A DNA stretch of 63,304 nucleotides, counting the filler. It is 7 parts of 7 records of this genome, joined end to end, with 100 filler letters (N's around TTAATTAATTAA, not from the genome) between each part and the next. Parts side by side here need not be neighbours in the genome. Positions count along the whole stretch, not along the records: positions 1 to 22,614 come from SRR20825010_1656; 6 more parts are not named here. One strand, given 5' to 3'. Within the stretch, counting starts at the first letter, position 1; each line of letters starts with the position of its first letter. The translations under genes and the position numbers were made by a program. Positions 8,823-19,437 of the stretch are shown in pieces. A model generated the notes under the pieces. That model was not told the DNA's origin, searched no databases, and saw nothing but the letters and a program-made list of their open reading frames with translations.

Positions 8823-9671
8823 ATGCTTTCCTACCGTCACAGTTACCACGCCGGCAATTTCGCGGATGTGCTCAAGCACATTGTGCAGGTGGCAATCATC
8901 GAGTACCTGAAAAAGAAGGACAAACCTTTCACCGTGCATGACACCCATGCCGGCGCAGGCAGCTATGCCATCGCCAGCGAGCACATGCAGAAGACAGGTG
9001 AGTACCAGGAAGGGATTGCCAAATTATTTGGCAAGCGCACCGGGGTTGGGGTGATTGACCAGTACGTGTCGCTGGTGGAAAAGCTGAACCCGGTGGGCCG
9101 GCTGACCGACTATCCCGGGTCGCCGCAGATCAGTGCCCGGCTGCTGCGCGAGCAGGATGTGCTGCAATGCACTGAGCTGCACACCACCGACTTTGCCTTG
9201 CTCAAGCGTGAGTTTGCTGACGACAAGCGCGTGCAGGTACTTAAAGAGGACGCCTGGCAAGGCCTCAAGGCTCTGCTTCCGCCACAGCATCGGCGCGGCC
9301 TGGTGCTGATTGATCCCTCCTACGAAATGGAGGCGGATTACAACGGCGTGCTGCCTTCGGTGCAGATGGCCATGGAAAAATTTGCCACCGCCACCTATGC
9401 CATCTGGTATCCGGTGCTGGATCGCAACCGCACAGAAAGTTTTATTCGCCGTTTCGTGAAAGCCGGCATTCCCAACCTGTTACGGGTGGAGTGTTGTGTA
9501 CGCCCGGATGCTTCCGGCCGTGGCATGACCGGCACCGGCATGCTGATTATCAACCCGCCTTACACGCTGGCCCAGCACATGGCTCAGGCCATGCCGTTAT
9601 TGAAAGACGCGCTGTGTGATGCCAATGGGCATACGCTGGTGAAGCAACTGACAGGGGAAAAAGCGGAATGA
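8823..9671 (+). CDS. rlmJ: 23S rRNA m6A2030 methyltransferase
   Basis: MLSYRHSYHAGNFADVLKH, DTHAGAG, YPGSP, LIDPSYE, IWYP. Confidence 0.95.
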   Translation: MLSYRHSYHAGNFADVLKHIVQVAIIEYLKKKDKPFTVHDTHAGAGSYAIASEHMQKTGEYQEGIAKLFGKRTGVGVIDQYVSLVEKLNPVGRLTDYPGSPQISARLLREQDVLQCTELHTTDFALLKREFADDKRVQVLKEDAWQGLKALLPPQHRRGLVLIDPSYEMEADYNGVLPSVQMAMEKFATATYAIWYPVLDRNRTESFIRRFVKAGIPNLLRVECCVRPDASGRGMTGTGMLIINPPYTLAQHMAQAMPLLKDALCDANGHTLVKQLTGEKAE

Positions 9672-9848
9672 CGCTCCAGCCGGAATGGGACGGCGCTGCC
9701 GGCTTGTGTCGCGCGCTGGCATCTCCGACGACCGGTGCTGCTGCCCTGCCTTACCGCTGATAGACTGCGCCGCTTTCTGCCCCGACGGTGAGTGCTTACT
9801 GGCTATCCGTCAGGCATAACCGACGCTCAGCCGCAGAATGTTGCCGCT

Positions 9849-11324
9849 ATGACTGAATCCCGATATCGCCGCCCCTCATTGCTCGATGCCCTGCTTCCTG
9901 TTGTGGTGCTGGTAGGCCTGCTGGCGTCGGCGGTGTACCTGTACGGTGATAGCGCATCGTCCGGCCCCAATCAGATTGCCCTGTTGTTTTGTGCTGGCCT
10001 GGCGTCACTGATCGCCTTCAAGAACGGCATGGCATGGCGGGATATTGAAACCGCCATGATCAAAGGTATTTCGGTGGCGTTGGGGGCTGTGCTGATTTTG
10101 CTCAGCGTGGGAGCTTTGATCGGCACTTGGCGGCTGGCGGGTATTGTGCCGTCACTGATTTACTTCGGCCTTGAGCTGATGAACCCTTCCTTGTTTTATG
10201 CAGCGGCCTGCCTGATCTGCGCGATTATTGCCCTGAGCATCGGCTCAAGCTGGACCGTGGCGGCCACCGTGGGTGTGGCGTTGATCGGGGTGGCCAGCGG
10301 TCTGGGGTTGTCGTTGCCGGTGGCTGCTGGTGCGGTGGTCTCCGGCGCGTATTTTGGCGACAAAATTTCACCGTTGTCTGAAACCACCAATTTGGCGCCA
10401 GCAGTGGCAGGTTCGGAATTGTTCGAACATATTCGCCTGATGCTATGGACCACGGTGCCTTCCATTGGCATTGCCCTGCTGATTTTTCTGGTCATGGGGC
10501 TGAATGCGGATGTTGCCGGTGACCGCGTAGACCGGATAACCCCGCTATTGCAGGGGCTGGAAAGCCAGTTTGATATTTCCGTGCTGCACCTGTTGCCCTT
10601 GCTGGTGCTGTTGGTGCTGGCACTCAAGCGGATGCCGGCATTGCCGGCTATCTTTCTGGGGGCGCTGTTGGGCGGAGTGTGGGCCCTGATTTTTCAGCCG
10701 CAAGCGATTGCCGCGCAAGCCGGCGTGGCTGCGCCAGACAGTGTGGCGGCCCTGAAAGTGGTGTGGCAGACCTTTTATCAAGGCATCACCGTGGAAGCCG
10801 GTGATGCCACGTTGAATGACCTGCTGTCCGGCGGTGGCATGGCATCCATGCTCAACACAGTATGGCTGATTATTTGTGCAATGACCTTTGGTGCCGTCAT
10901 GGAGCACGCAGGCTTGCTGGCCCGTTTGATCGAAGGGCTGTTAGCCGCAGTAAAAGGCGCAGCAGGGTTGATTGCGGCCACTCTGGTGACCTGTTTCGGG
11001 AGTAACATTCTCACCGCCGACCAGTACATCTCGATCATCATGCCCGGGCGCATGTTCCGTGAGGCTTATGAAAAAGAGGGGCTGGCCCCGGTGAACCTGT
11101 CCCGTGCCCTGGAGGACGGTGGCACCATCACCAGCCCGCTTATTCCCTGGAATACCTGCGGCGCCTACATGCAGTCGGTGTTGTTGGTGCCGGTGACGGA
11201 TTATCTTTTCTATGCTTTCTTCAATCTGATCAACCCTGTGCTGGCGCTGGTCTATGCCTGGCTGGGGATCAAGGTGCTGCGACTTGTCCCGCCTGACCGG
11301 TCAGCGCACGCTACCCCTCGTTAA
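9849..11324 (+). CDS. nhaC: NhaC-family Na+/H+ antiporter or amino-acid transporter
   Basis: GSSWT, SGAYFGDKISPLSETTNLA, SRALEDGGT, LIPWNTCGAYM; multi-TM. Confidence 0.9.
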   Translation: MTESRYRRPSLLDALLPVVVLVGLLASAVYLYGDSASSGPNQIALLFCAGLASLIAFKNGMAWRDIETAMIKGISVALGAVLILLSVGALIGTWRLAGIVPSLIYFGLELMNPSLFYAAACLICAIIALSIGSSWTVAATVGVALIGVASGLGLSLPVAAGAVVSGAYFGDKISPLSETTNLAPAVAGSELFEHIRLMLWTTVPSIGIALLIFLVMGLNADVAGDRVDRITPLLQGLESQFDISVLHLLPLLVLLVLALKRMPALPAIFLGALLGGVWALIFQPQAIAAQAGVAAPDSVAALKVVWQTFYQGITVEAGDATLNDLLSGGGMASMLNTVWLIICAMTFGAVMEHAGLLARLIEGLLAAVKGAAGLIAATLVTCFGSNILTADQYISIIMPGRMFREAYEKEGLAPVNLSRALEDGGTITSPLIPWNTCGAYMQSVLLVPVTDYLFYAFFNLINPVLALVYAWLGIKVLRLVPPDRSAHATPR

Positions 11325-12315
11325 ACAGCAGTACCAGCGTGCCGCCGCGCAGCAGGCTGCCGTAATTCAGATTGATGCCGATACCGATGTTGTCCACGAA
11401 GGGAATGCGGTTGCCCATATCCAGCAGCCACCCCACGCCTGCCTCGTAGTAATAATGATTGCCCAGGGAGCCTTCCAGATCGCCGCCCAGATCGTAGCGT
11501 GATGCCTGCATCCACACGTTTTGGCCGGGCAGGATGCGGGTGACGAAAGGGTGTTTCCAGCGTGCGCCGTGGGACCAATACCAAGCTTCTGGTGCCACGT
11601 CGTGAGCGGTATGGTCGATGTTGAAGGTGCGCCCGGCGACATAATGGATGTCGCTGAACAGCTGCACTTCGGCATGCTCACCGCCGATGAAGTAGGTGAG
11701 CCGGCTGCTGGGCTCCAGCAGCCAGGCATCCGCGTTGTAGTTGGTGATAAGCCCGTTGATGGCGGGGGCGATGGCCTGGGAATCGGCGGTATTGAATTGA
11801 GTGTCGTTGCGGTAACGCATCCAGTGCGCGTAGGTGGAAAAGGTAATGTCCCAGTGGGTGGACAACCGACGGCTGAATGCCGCTCCGGCACTCAGGGAGC
11901 TGACCGAGCTCTTGATTTCGTCTTTGGCTTGGCTGGTGCTGCTGATGATCTGGGTTTCCTGAGCGTTTTCCACATAGGCAGCCTTGGCGCCTAGCGTCAA
12001 GGTATTGCCGGTTTCTGCCAGAGGGGTTTGCCAGGTGTAGGGCAAGCTAAAGGTGGTGATGCGTTGGCGCAGTTCCTGGGATTCCAGCGAGCCGAAGTTG
12101 TCATCGTTCAGGTTCAGCAGGGTGTTGGGGTCGAAGTCCCAAAAGCCGAAGCGTACCGCGTCGCCGCTGGTTAGCAGGTTGGCGGTGACAAAACTTTCCG
12201 CAAGGCTCAATCGCACGGCCCGGTTAACAGCGTTGTTGGCTGCCGTGTTGCCAGGAGCGCTGGCCAGCAGTAGCACTGGCAAGAAGAGTGATGGCAGGGA
12301 GGAGCGGAAACTCAT
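11311..12315 (-). CDS. Solitary outer-membrane autotransporter-like beta-barrel protein
   Basis: Signal peptide, amphipathic beta strands, C-terminal GIGINLNYGSLLRGGTLVLLFNE. Confidence 0.7.
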   Translation of the reverse strand: MSFRSSLPSLFLPVLLLASAPGNTAANNAVNRAVRLSLAESFVTANLLTSGDAVRFGFWDFDPNTLLNLNDDNFGSLESQELRQRITTFSLPYTWQTPLAETGNTLTLGAKAAYVENAQETQIISSTSQAKDEIKSSVSSLSAGAAFSRRLSTHWDITFSTYAHWMRYRNDTQFNTADSQAIAPAINGLITNYNADAWLLEPSSRLTYFIGGEHAEVQLFSDIHYVAGRTFNIDHTAHDVAPEAWYWSHGARWKHPFVTRILPGQNVWMQASRYDLGGDLEGSLGNHYYYEAGVGWLLDMGNRIPFVDNIGIGINLNYGSLLRGGTLVLLFNEG

Positions 12316-12366
12316 GATGTGCAGGATCCAATCCAGAGCGTGACCGTGTCAGCCAAAGCGTAAAAC

Positions 12367-12390
12367 AAAAAACGGGCCGAAGCCCGTTTT
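12367..12390 (-). terminator. Intrinsic terminator downstream of lysA
   Basis: Minus strand AAAACGGGC-TTCG-GCCCGTTTTTT: UUCG tetraloop hairpin followed by a U tract. Confidence 0.85.
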
Positions 12391-12412
12391 CTGTGTCCTG
12401 CCAGGTCGTGCT

Positions 12413-13654
12413 TCAGGGGAGCAGTGATTCCAGTTTCAGTTGCTCGTCATAGGTTTCCCGCTGGCGCACCACAAAGGCCTGGTCGCCATCCACCATGATT
12501 TCAGCGGGGCGGTTGCGGCTGTTGTAGTTGCTGGCCATGGCGAAGCCGTAGGCGCCGGCGCTGCGCACGGCCAGCAAGTCGCCGGTTTCCAGAGACAGAG
12601 TGCGATCCTTGCCCAGGAAGTCCCCGGTTTCGCACACCGGGCCAACGATGTCCCATTCACGGCAATCGGCGTCGTGGGGTTTTACCGGGACAATGTTCTG
12701 CCAGGCCGAGTAGAGGCTGGGGCGAATCAGGTCGTTCATGGCGCCGTCGACAATGGCGAAGTTCTTGTGCTCGGTGGGCTTGAGGAACAGCACTTGGGTA
12801 ATGAACAGGCCGGCGTTGGCGGCAATGGAGCGGCCCGGTTCGATGTGTACGGGCAGCTCGCCGGGAATGTGCTTGAGCAGGGCCTGCACGTAAGCGGCAC
12901 GGTCCGGCGGGGTTTCGTCATCGTAGGTGACGCCCAGGCCGCCGCCCAGATCCAGGTGATGAATCTCGATGCCGTGTTCCTGCAGTTGCGCCAGCAGTTT
13001 CAGTACCCGCTCCAGCGCATCTTCGAACGGCGCCAGCTTGGTGAGCTGGCTACCGATATGGCAGTCGATGCCGAGAATGCGAATGTGCGGCATGTCGTGG
13101 GCGCGCTGGTACAGGGCCGGCGCCTTGGTGATATCCACGCCGAATTTATTGTCTTTCAGGCCGGTGGAAATATAAGGGTGGGTTTGGGCGTCCACGTCCG
13201 GGTTCACGCGGATGGCAATCGGTGCTTCGCGGCCCAGTTCGCCGGCCACCAGATTCAGCAGTTCCAGTTCCGCGGCGGATTCCACGTTGAAACAATGAAT
13301 GTTGGCTTTCAGGGCAGCGGCCATTTCATCGGCGGTTTTGCCCACGCCGGAAAAGACAATCTTGTCCGGATCGCCACCGGCGCGCAGCACTCGTTCCAGT
13401 TCGCCCCCGGAGACGATATCGAACCCGGCGCCACAACGGGCCAGCACGTTCAGCACCGCCAGGTTGGAGTTGGCTTTCACCGCGTAGCACACCTGATGAG
13501 GGTGGTCGCCGAAGGCTTCATCGAACGCCAGATAGTGACGCTCAAGGGCCGCACGGGAATACAGGTAGAGCGGCGTGCCGAAGCGATCCGCCAGTTGCTC
13601 TACGGGGAGTTCTTCGGCGAACAATTCACCGTCGCGGTACTGAAAGGGGTCCAT
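12413..13654 (-). CDS. lysA: Diaminopimelate decarboxylase
   Basis: YAVKANSN (PLP lysine), HIGSQ, EPGRSI, GPVCETGD, YNSRNRP. Confidence 0.97.
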   Translation of the reverse strand: MDPFQYRDGELFAEELPVEQLADRFGTPLYLYSRAALERHYLAFDEAFGDHPHQVCYAVKANSNLAVLNVLARCGAGFDIVSGGELERVLRAGGDPDKIVFSGVGKTADEMAAALKANIHCFNVESAAELELLNLVAGELGREAPIAIRVNPDVDAQTHPYISTGLKDNKFGVDITKAPALYQRAHDMPHIRILGIDCHIGSQLTKLAPFEDALERVLKLLAQLQEHGIEIHHLDLGGGLGVTYDDETPPDRAAYVQALLKHIPGELPVHIEPGRSIAANAGLFITQVLFLKPTEHKNFAIVDGAMNDLIRPSLYSAWQNIVPVKPHDADCREWDIVGPVCETGDFLGKDRTLSLETGDLLAVRSAGAYGFAMASNYNSRNRPAEIMVDGDQAFVVRQRETYDEQLKLESLLP

Positions 13655-13656
13655 GA

Positions 13657-13842
13657 TTATTCCTGTCCGGACGCGTTGGCGTCGTCTTCGTCTTGGGGGT
13701 CGTCATTGTCTGTAGCGTCGGCTTGCGCCGCTTGGTTGCTGTCGGCTGGCGTTGCCGCGTTGCGTTCCTGATCAAAGTACAGCGGGCCTTTCTGGCCACA
13801 GCCGGCCAGGAGCAGGAACAGTAACAGGCTGAATGGGCGCAT
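13657..13842 (-). CDS. lptM: Small lipoprotein LptM/LppL (YifL)
   Basis: Lipobox LAGC followed by GQKGPLY; directly upstream of lysA. Confidence 0.85.
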   Translation of the reverse strand: MRPFSLLLFLLLAGCGQKGPLYFDQERNAATPADSNQAAQADATDNDDPQDEDDANASGQE

Positions 13843-14089
13843 GGGGTACTCCGTTTGCTGGGGTGTGAGTATAACGGTTCGTGACTCTGGAGGTAATGTG
13901 GTGGTGTCCGATAACGCCGCTTGAGAAAAAACGGATCACGGCTACTATCACTGCATAGTCCGCGTAATGTGGACCCATTTCTGTTGATCGTTTCGCCCCT
14001 TCTGTGTGTGCCTCGCCTGTGTCTGAATGTATTCAGCATTGTTGGCCTGTGCGTGCCTGTGTGGGGCGTTTTACTTTAAGGAGAAAATC

Positions 14090-14485
14090 ATGGAGCTTCC
14101 CGTCATTACCGTGTCCCGTTTAGACGTTGCCCGTCTGGAGGCGCTGCTGTCTGATGTGGATGGGGAAGTGGCCGATGGCCTGGAGGAAGAGCTGTTGCGG
14201 GCCACGGTGGTAGAGCCCAGGGACATGCCGGCGGACGTTGTTACCATGAATTCGCGGATTCGTTGCCGGGAGCAGGGGCGTGGCCGGGAAATGAGCCTGA
14301 CGCTGGTGTATCCGCAGGATAACGGTCCGGAGCGGGTGTCGATACTGGCGCCGGTGGGGGCCGCGTTGCTGGGCTTGTCGGTGGGGCAGAGCATCGACTG
14401 GCCGGCGCCCAACGGCAAGACACTGAAACTGGAGATTCTTGCTGTTGAGTATCAGCCGGAAGCCAATGGCGAAGATCTGGGATAA
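14090..14485 (+). CDS. rnk: Regulator of nucleoside diphosphate kinase (GreA/B-like)
   Basis: DVVTMNS, LVYP, SILAPVGAALLGL, YQPEANG; AAGGAG RBS. Confidence 0.92.
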   Translation: MELPVITVSRLDVARLEALLSDVDGEVADGLEEELLRATVVEPRDMPADVVTMNSRIRCREQGRGREMSLTLVYPQDNGPERVSILAPVGAALLGLSVGQSIDWPAPNGKTLKLEILAVEYQPEANGEDLG

Positions 14486-14554
14486 CGGATAGACCGGTTC
14501 CAGAGAGGCAAGGCGGAAGATTTTGAATCTGCCCGCCTTGCCGAATGGTCAGTA

Positions 14555-15949
14555 TCAGGTGTTATCCAGCGCCTCGCGGGCACGGGCCACGGCCGCGCGG
14601 ACCTGGTCGGGGGCGGTGCCGCCGATGTGGTTGCGGGCACTGACTGAGCCTTCCAGGGTCAGGACGTCGAACACGTCGTCGTCGATCTGGTCACTGAATT
14701 GCTTCAGCTCAGACAGGGACATATCTCCCAGGTCTTTTTTCTTCTCCACGCCATAAGCCACGGCCTTGCCGACGATCTCGTGGGAGTCGCGGAAAGCGAT
14801 ACCCTTGCGCACCAGGTAGTCGGCCAGATCGGTGGCGGTGGCGAAACCGCGACGGGCGGCTTCGCGCATCACTTCCCGGTTGGGTTCCAGGGCCGGAACC
14901 ATGTCGCCGAAAGCGCGCAGGCTGCCTTTCAGGGTATCCACGGTGTCGTACAGCGGTTCTTTATCTTCCTGGTTGTCCTTGTTGTAGGCCAGTGGCTGGC
15001 TTTTCATCAGGGTCAGCAGGCTGACCAGGTGGCCGTTGACGCGGCCGGTCTTGCCACGCACCAGCTCGGGCACGTCCGGGTTTTTCTTCTGCGGCATGAT
15101 GGAGCTGCCGGTGCAGAAACGGTCGGGCAGGTTGATGAAATTGAACTGGGCGCTGGTCCACAGCACCAGTTCTTCGCTGATCCGTGACAGATGCGTCATG
15201 GTCAGGGCGGCCAGGGCGCAGAATTCGATGGCAAAATCCCGGTCGCTTACGGCGTCCAGCGAGTTTTCGCAGACGCCGTCGAACCCGAGCAGCTCGCAGG
15301 TGCGTTCACGGTTGATCGGGTAGGTGGTGCCGGCCAGGGCGGCGGCGCCCAGCGGCATGCGGTTAACCCGTTTCTTGCAGTCCAACAGGCGCTCGCGATC
15401 GCGCTTGAGCATTTCGAACCAGGCCAGCAAGTGGTGCCCGAAGGTCACCGGCTGGGCGGTCTGCAGGTGCGTGAAGCCGGGCATGATGGTGGCCGCTTCA
15501 CGTTCGGCCAGGTCCAGCAGGCCGACCATCAGGTGCAGGTACTGTTCTTCCAGAATCAGCAGCTCGTCGCGCAGCCACAGGCGAATGTCGGTGGCCACCT
15601 GGTCGTTGCGGGAGCGGCCGGTGTGCAGCTTCTTGCCGGTGATACCGATCTTGTCGGTGAGCCGCGCTTCGATATTCATGTGCACATCTTCCAGTGCCAC
15701 GGACCACTGGAATTCGCCGTTTTCGATTTCCAGCTGGATTTCGCGCAGCCCCTGGATGATGGCGTCGCGCTCTTCATCGGTGAGCACGCCCACTTCTGCA
15801 AGCATGGTGGCATGGGCCTGAGAGCCGTAGATGTCCTGACGGTACATGCGGCGGTCGAAGTTCACACTGGCGGTGAATTCCTGCACGAACTGGTCAGTGG
15901 ACTCGCTGAAGCGGCCGCCCCAGAGTTTGTTCTGCTGCTTGTCAGTCAT
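14555..15949 (-). CDS. argH: Argininosuccinate lyase
   Basis: [27 protein letters not shown]. Confidence 0.98.
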   Translation of the reverse strand: MTDKQQNKLWGGRFSESTDQFVQEFTASVNFDRRMYRQDIYGSQAHATMLAEVGVLTDEERDAIIQGLREIQLEIENGEFQWSVALEDVHMNIEARLTDKIGITGKKLHTGRSRNDQVATDIRLWLRDELLILEEQYLHLMVGLLDLAEREAATIMPGFTHLQTAQPVTFGHHLLAWFEMLKRDRERLLDCKKRVNRMPLGAAALAGTTYPINRERTCELLGFDGVCENSLDAVSDRDFAIEFCALAALTMTHLSRISEELVLWTSAQFNFINLPDRFCTGSSIMPQKKNPDVPELVRGKTGRVNGHLVSLLTLMKSQPLAYNKDNQEDKEPLYDTVDTLKGSLRAFGDMVPALEPNREVMREAARRGFATATDLADYLVRKGIAFRDSHEIVGKAVAYGVEKKKDLGDMSLSELKQFSDQIDDDVFDVLTLEGSVSARNHIGGTAPDQVRAAVARAREALDNT

Positions 15950-16083
15950 CGTACTTGCTCAACGCTTGGTTTGCGGGGGCGCAAGTATAGCAGGGAGACA
16001 GTATTCCTTGGGAGTGGCGGTTCGTTCAGGTATAACATCCTAATAATTAATTGTTTTTCCGTATAAGGAGAGCATTCGTGGCC

Positions 16084-17112
16084 ATGGATGTCCCGGCCAA
16101 TAACAGTTTTCTGCCTGACCTGTGTAGTACTCGTGCGGTGCTGGTGGTGGTGGTGGTGGCCGAGCTGATGGCACTGGTGGTGACGCTGGTGGCCACTTAC
16201 TACGATGACTTCAGCGTTGGCCGGCTGGCGATCACCTCCCTGTTTGTGCAGTGGGTGGGGCTGAGCTCTGCGGCGCTGATTTGCCAGCTGCGCAATCGCC
16301 TGAATCGCCTGCCGCCTGCCTGGACCTCCACCGTGGTGGTGTTACTGGTGGTGGCCGACACCTTGTTGTTCAGCATTATTGCCCGGCTGGTGATGGCCTG
16401 GGTCGGCGGTGGCGCGCTGGAAACGGGGTTGTGGTCGGCAGATATTCCGGTAAATGGCTTGATTGCGGCGATTATTGCCGGGTTGGTCATGCGCTATTTC
16501 TATGTGCAGGAGCAATTGCGCCAAAAGGGCCAGGCGGAGCTGCAGGCGCGCATTCAGGCGCTGCAGTCACGGATTCGCCCGCATTTTTTATTCAACTCCA
16601 TGAACATTATCGCCAGCCTGATCGCGGTGGACCCGGACGGTGCCGAGCAGGTGGTGGAAGATCTCTCCGTACTGTTTCGCGCCAGCCTGAAGAACAGCGG
16701 TAATGAGGCGTCTCTGGAAGAAGAGTTGGAGTTGTGTCAGCGCTATATTCATATTGAGCAGCTGCGCATGGGCGAGCGGTTGCAGGTGGAATGGGATATC
16801 CAGGTAGACGCAAAATCCCTGAAGATTCCGCTATTAACCTTGCAACCCTTGCTTGAAAATGCCATTTATCATGGCATACAGCCATTATCGGCGGGCGGGA
16901 TGGTGACCATCCGTGCCGTCGCGCACAATGGAAATCTGGTACTGTCGGTGAGCAATCCGAAGCCGGAAGGCGACGGGCATCACAAAGGCAACCGCATGGC
17001 GCTGGAAAATATACGTCACCGGCTGGAAGCCCTGTACGGTGACGAAGTGGCGGTAGAATCCCGCCCGGAACAAAAAGAATACGAGATCGAAATTCGATAT
17101 CCGCTGCAATAA
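16084..17112 (+). CDS. fimS: LytS-type sensor histidine kinase FimS/AlgZ
   Basis: N-terminal TMs, LQSRIRPHFLFNSMN, LQPLLENAIYHG; argH-fimS-algR-hemC synteny. Confidence 0.9.
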   Translation: MDVPANNSFLPDLCSTRAVLVVVVVAELMALVVTLVATYYDDFSVGRLAITSLFVQWVGLSSAALICQLRNRLNRLPPAWTSTVVVLLVVADTLLFSIIARLVMAWVGGGALETGLWSADIPVNGLIAAIIAGLVMRYFYVQEQLRQKGQAELQARIQALQSRIRPHFLFNSMNIIASLIAVDPDGAEQVVEDLSVLFRASLKNSGNEASLEEELELCQRYIHIEQLRMGERLQVEWDIQVDAKSLKIPLLTLQPLLENAIYHGIQPLSAGGMVTIRAVAHNGNLVLSVSNPKPEGDGHHKGNRMALENIRHRLEALYGDEVAVESRPEQKEYEIEIRYPLQ

Positions 17113-17125
17113 AAGGATGGGACTT

Positions 17126-17866
17126 ATGCGGGTACTTGTCTGCGATGACGAGCAACTGGCTCGGGACCGGCTCAAACGTCTGGTCGATAAAATCGAGAAC
17201 GCCGAGGTGGTGGCAGAGGCGGCCAATGGCCGTGAAGCCATCATTGAAGCCCAGTCCTGCAAGCCGGACGTGGTGCTGATGGATATCCGCATGCCGGAAA
17301 TGGATGGCATGGAGGCAGCGGAGCACCTGGGCAAGATGGACAGCCCGCCGGCGGTGATTTTCTGTACCGCCTATGATGAGCATGCCTTGCAGGCGTTCCG
17401 GGTGCACGCGGTGGATTACCTGCTCAAGCCCGTTAATGCGGCCGACTTGACCACTGCGCTGACCAAGGCGAAGACGCTGAACCGCGTGCAACTGGCAGAA
17501 ATCAGCGATGAGGTGAGCGAAGAAAAACCGCGCCGTCGCGGCCATATCAGCGCCCGTACCCACCGGGGGCTGGAGCTGGTGCCGGTGGACGATGTGCGTT
17601 ACTTCCTGGCCGACCAGAAATACGTGACGGTGTGCTTCAGCGAAGGCGAAGTGCTGATCGACGAGACCCTGAAAGAGCTGGAAACCGAATTCGGTGACCA
17701 GTTTGTGCGTATCCACCGCAATGCGCTGGTGGCACTCCGCTATATTGAAGGCATGGAAATGGCCACCGCCGGGCACCATCAGGTGCGTCTGCGCGGGGTG
17801 GACGAACGGCTGACTGTGAGCCGGCGCCATGTGGCCGGGTTGCGGCGGGTGCTGCAAAGTCTGTAA
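17126..17866 (+). CDS. algR: LytTR response regulator AlgR
   Basis: Receiver domain (DDE, DIRMP, KP) plus LytTR (FVRIHRNALV, VSRRH). Confidence 0.92.
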   Translation: MRVLVCDDEQLARDRLKRLVDKIENAEVVAEAANGREAIIEAQSCKPDVVLMDIRMPEMDGMEAAEHLGKMDSPPAVIFCTAYDEHALQAFRVHAVDYLLKPVNAADLTTALTKAKTLNRVQLAEISDEVSEEKPRRRGHISARTHRGLELVPVDDVRYFLADQKYVTVCFSEGEVLIDETLKELETEFGDQFVRIHRNALVALRYIEGMEMATAGHHQVRLRGVDERLTVSRRHVAGLRRVLQSL

Positions 17867-17952
17867 CGGGGGCGCGGGGTAATTAACACGGTCCGGGCTG
17901 CATGCTAGCCTTGGACCTGTTGCACCGAACGACAAAGAACGGAACGACAACG

Positions 17953-17965
17953 AATAACAAAAACA
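17953..17965 (+). promoter_or_regulatory. A-rich CA motif (AANAANAA), candidate Hfq/Crc translational-repression site
   Basis: AATAACAAAAACA just upstream of the RBS of the TRL-like gene. Confidence 0.45.
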
Positions 17966-17976
17966 GGACCTCTGTG

Positions 17977-18288
17977 ATGAAAAAGACACTCCTTCTTCTG
18001 GTCAGCGCGGTAGTGCTCAGCGGTTGTGCCAGCGCCACCATGCCGGTTACCGGCTTTCTGTACGGCAATGTGAAAGCGCCCATGGCCGCCACGGCTTCCT
18101 CGGAAAAACCCACCCGTGTGGGCCGCGCCAGCGCTCGCTCCATCCTCGGTGTGATTGCCTCCGGTGATGCCAGTATCCAGACCGCCGCCCGCAATGGCGG
18201 GATCACCGAAATCCACCACGTGGACTATGAATCCCAGAACTTCTTTGGGGTGCTGGCGGAATTTACCGTGGTGGTCTACGGGAACTGA
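17977..18288 (+). CDS. TRL-like family lipoprotein
   Basis: Lipobox LSGC; SILGVIASGDASIQTAARNGGITEIHHVDY...TVVVYG pattern. Confidence 0.8.
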   Translation: MKKTLLLLVSAVVLSGCASATMPVTGFLYGNVKAPMAATASSEKPTRVGRASARSILGVIASGDASIQTAARNGGITEIHHVDYESQNFFGVLAEFTVVVYGN

Positions 18289-18433
18289 GTTGAAAGTTCA
18301 AAGTTGAAACGCGGGTTGGCTAATTGCCAATCCGAAATCACGAAGCCGCGTCCGGACTCCGGACGCGGCTTCGATGTTTCAGGGTCTGATGGCGTTCATC
18401 GCGCTTTTGAACTTTAAACTTTGAACTTTCAAC
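18289..18433. repeat. MITE-like element, copy 2 (145 bp) with heptamer terminal inverted repeats
   Basis: GTTGAAA-GTTCAAA-GTTGAAA (18289-18309) pairs 20/21 with 18413-18433. Perfect 15-bp central stem CGAAGCCGCGTCCGG/CCGGACGCGGCTTCG (18341-18373). Confidence 0.8.
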
Positions 18434-18504
18434 GCCTCGTCTCGGCCCGTGCGCGCCTTTCCTGTAGACTGGACCCACTTTTTAACTGAACAACAGGATG
18501 CCCC

Positions 18505-19437
18505 ATGTCCCGCGAAATCTTGCGTATCGCCACCCGTTCCAGCCCGTTGGCTATTTGGCAGGCCGAGTATGTTCAGCAGCGTCTGGAAAGCCTGCATGAA
18601 GGGTTGGCGGTGGAGCTGGTGCGGATCAAGACCCAGGGTGACAAGATTCTCGATACCCCGCTGGCCAAGATTGGTGGCAAGGGCCTGTTCGTCAAGGAGC
18701 TGGAAGAAGCGATGATGGACGGGCGCGCGGACATCGCCGTGCACTCCATGAAGGATGTGCCCATGGAGCTGCCGGAAGGCTTTGCCCTGCCGGTGATCTG
18801 TGAGCGTGAAGACCCCCGGGATGCGTTTGTTTCCAATACCTTCGATAGCCTGTCGTCGCTGCCCCACGGTGCTTGCGTCGGAACATCCAGCCTGCGTCGT
18901 CAGGCCCAGGTGAAAGCCAACCGCCCGGATCTGGTAGTGAAAAGCCTGCGCGGCAATGTGCAGACCCGGTTGGGCAAACTGGATGCCGGTGAATTCGATG
19001 CCATTATTCTCGCGGCGGCGGGGCTGAAGCGCCTGGAAATGCACGATCGCATTCGCTACGAAATGCCGCCGGAAGAATCGCTCCCTGCGGTGGGGCAAGG
19101 CGCGGTGGGTATCGAGTGTCGCGAAGAGGATGTGCGCACCATTGAGTTGCTGTCACCGTTGAGCGATGTGGATACCTGGGATCGCGTGGTGGCAGAGCGT
19201 GCCATGAACCGCCGTTTGGAAGGGGGCTGCCAGGTCCCCATTGCCGGGTTTGCGTTGCTGGAAGATGGCCAGTTGTGGCTGCGCGGTCTGGTGGCCGAGG
19301 AAGATGGTAGCCGGGTGTTGCGGGCGGAAGGTTCGGCCCCACGGGCTAACGGCGCGGAGCTGGGTATCGATATTGCCGAACAGCTCTTGGCCCAGGGCGC
19401 GGATGCTATTTTGCAGGCCCTGTACGCACGCCAATGA
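18505..19437 (+). CDS. hemC: Hydroxymethylbilane synthase
   Basis: [40 protein letters not shown]. Confidence 0.98.
   Translation: MSREILRIATRSSPLAIWQAEYVQQRLESLHEGLAVELVRIKTQGDKILDTPLAKIGGKGLFVKELEEAMMDGRADIAVHSMKDVPMELPEGFALPVICEREDPRDAFVSNTFDSLSSLPHGACVGTSSLRRQAQVKANRPDLVVKSLRGNVQTRLGKLDAGEFDAIILAAAGLKRLEMHDRIRYEMPPEESLPAVGQGAVGIECREEDVRTIELLSPLSDVDTWDRVVAERAMNRRLEGGCQVPIAGFALLEDGQLWLRGLVAEEDGSRVLRAEGSAPRANGAELGIDIAEQLLAQGADAILQALYARQ

Noticed and set aside
13995..14070. Three GCCTGTG copies upstream of rnk
   Set aside because: Short, irregularly spaced and compatible with chance.
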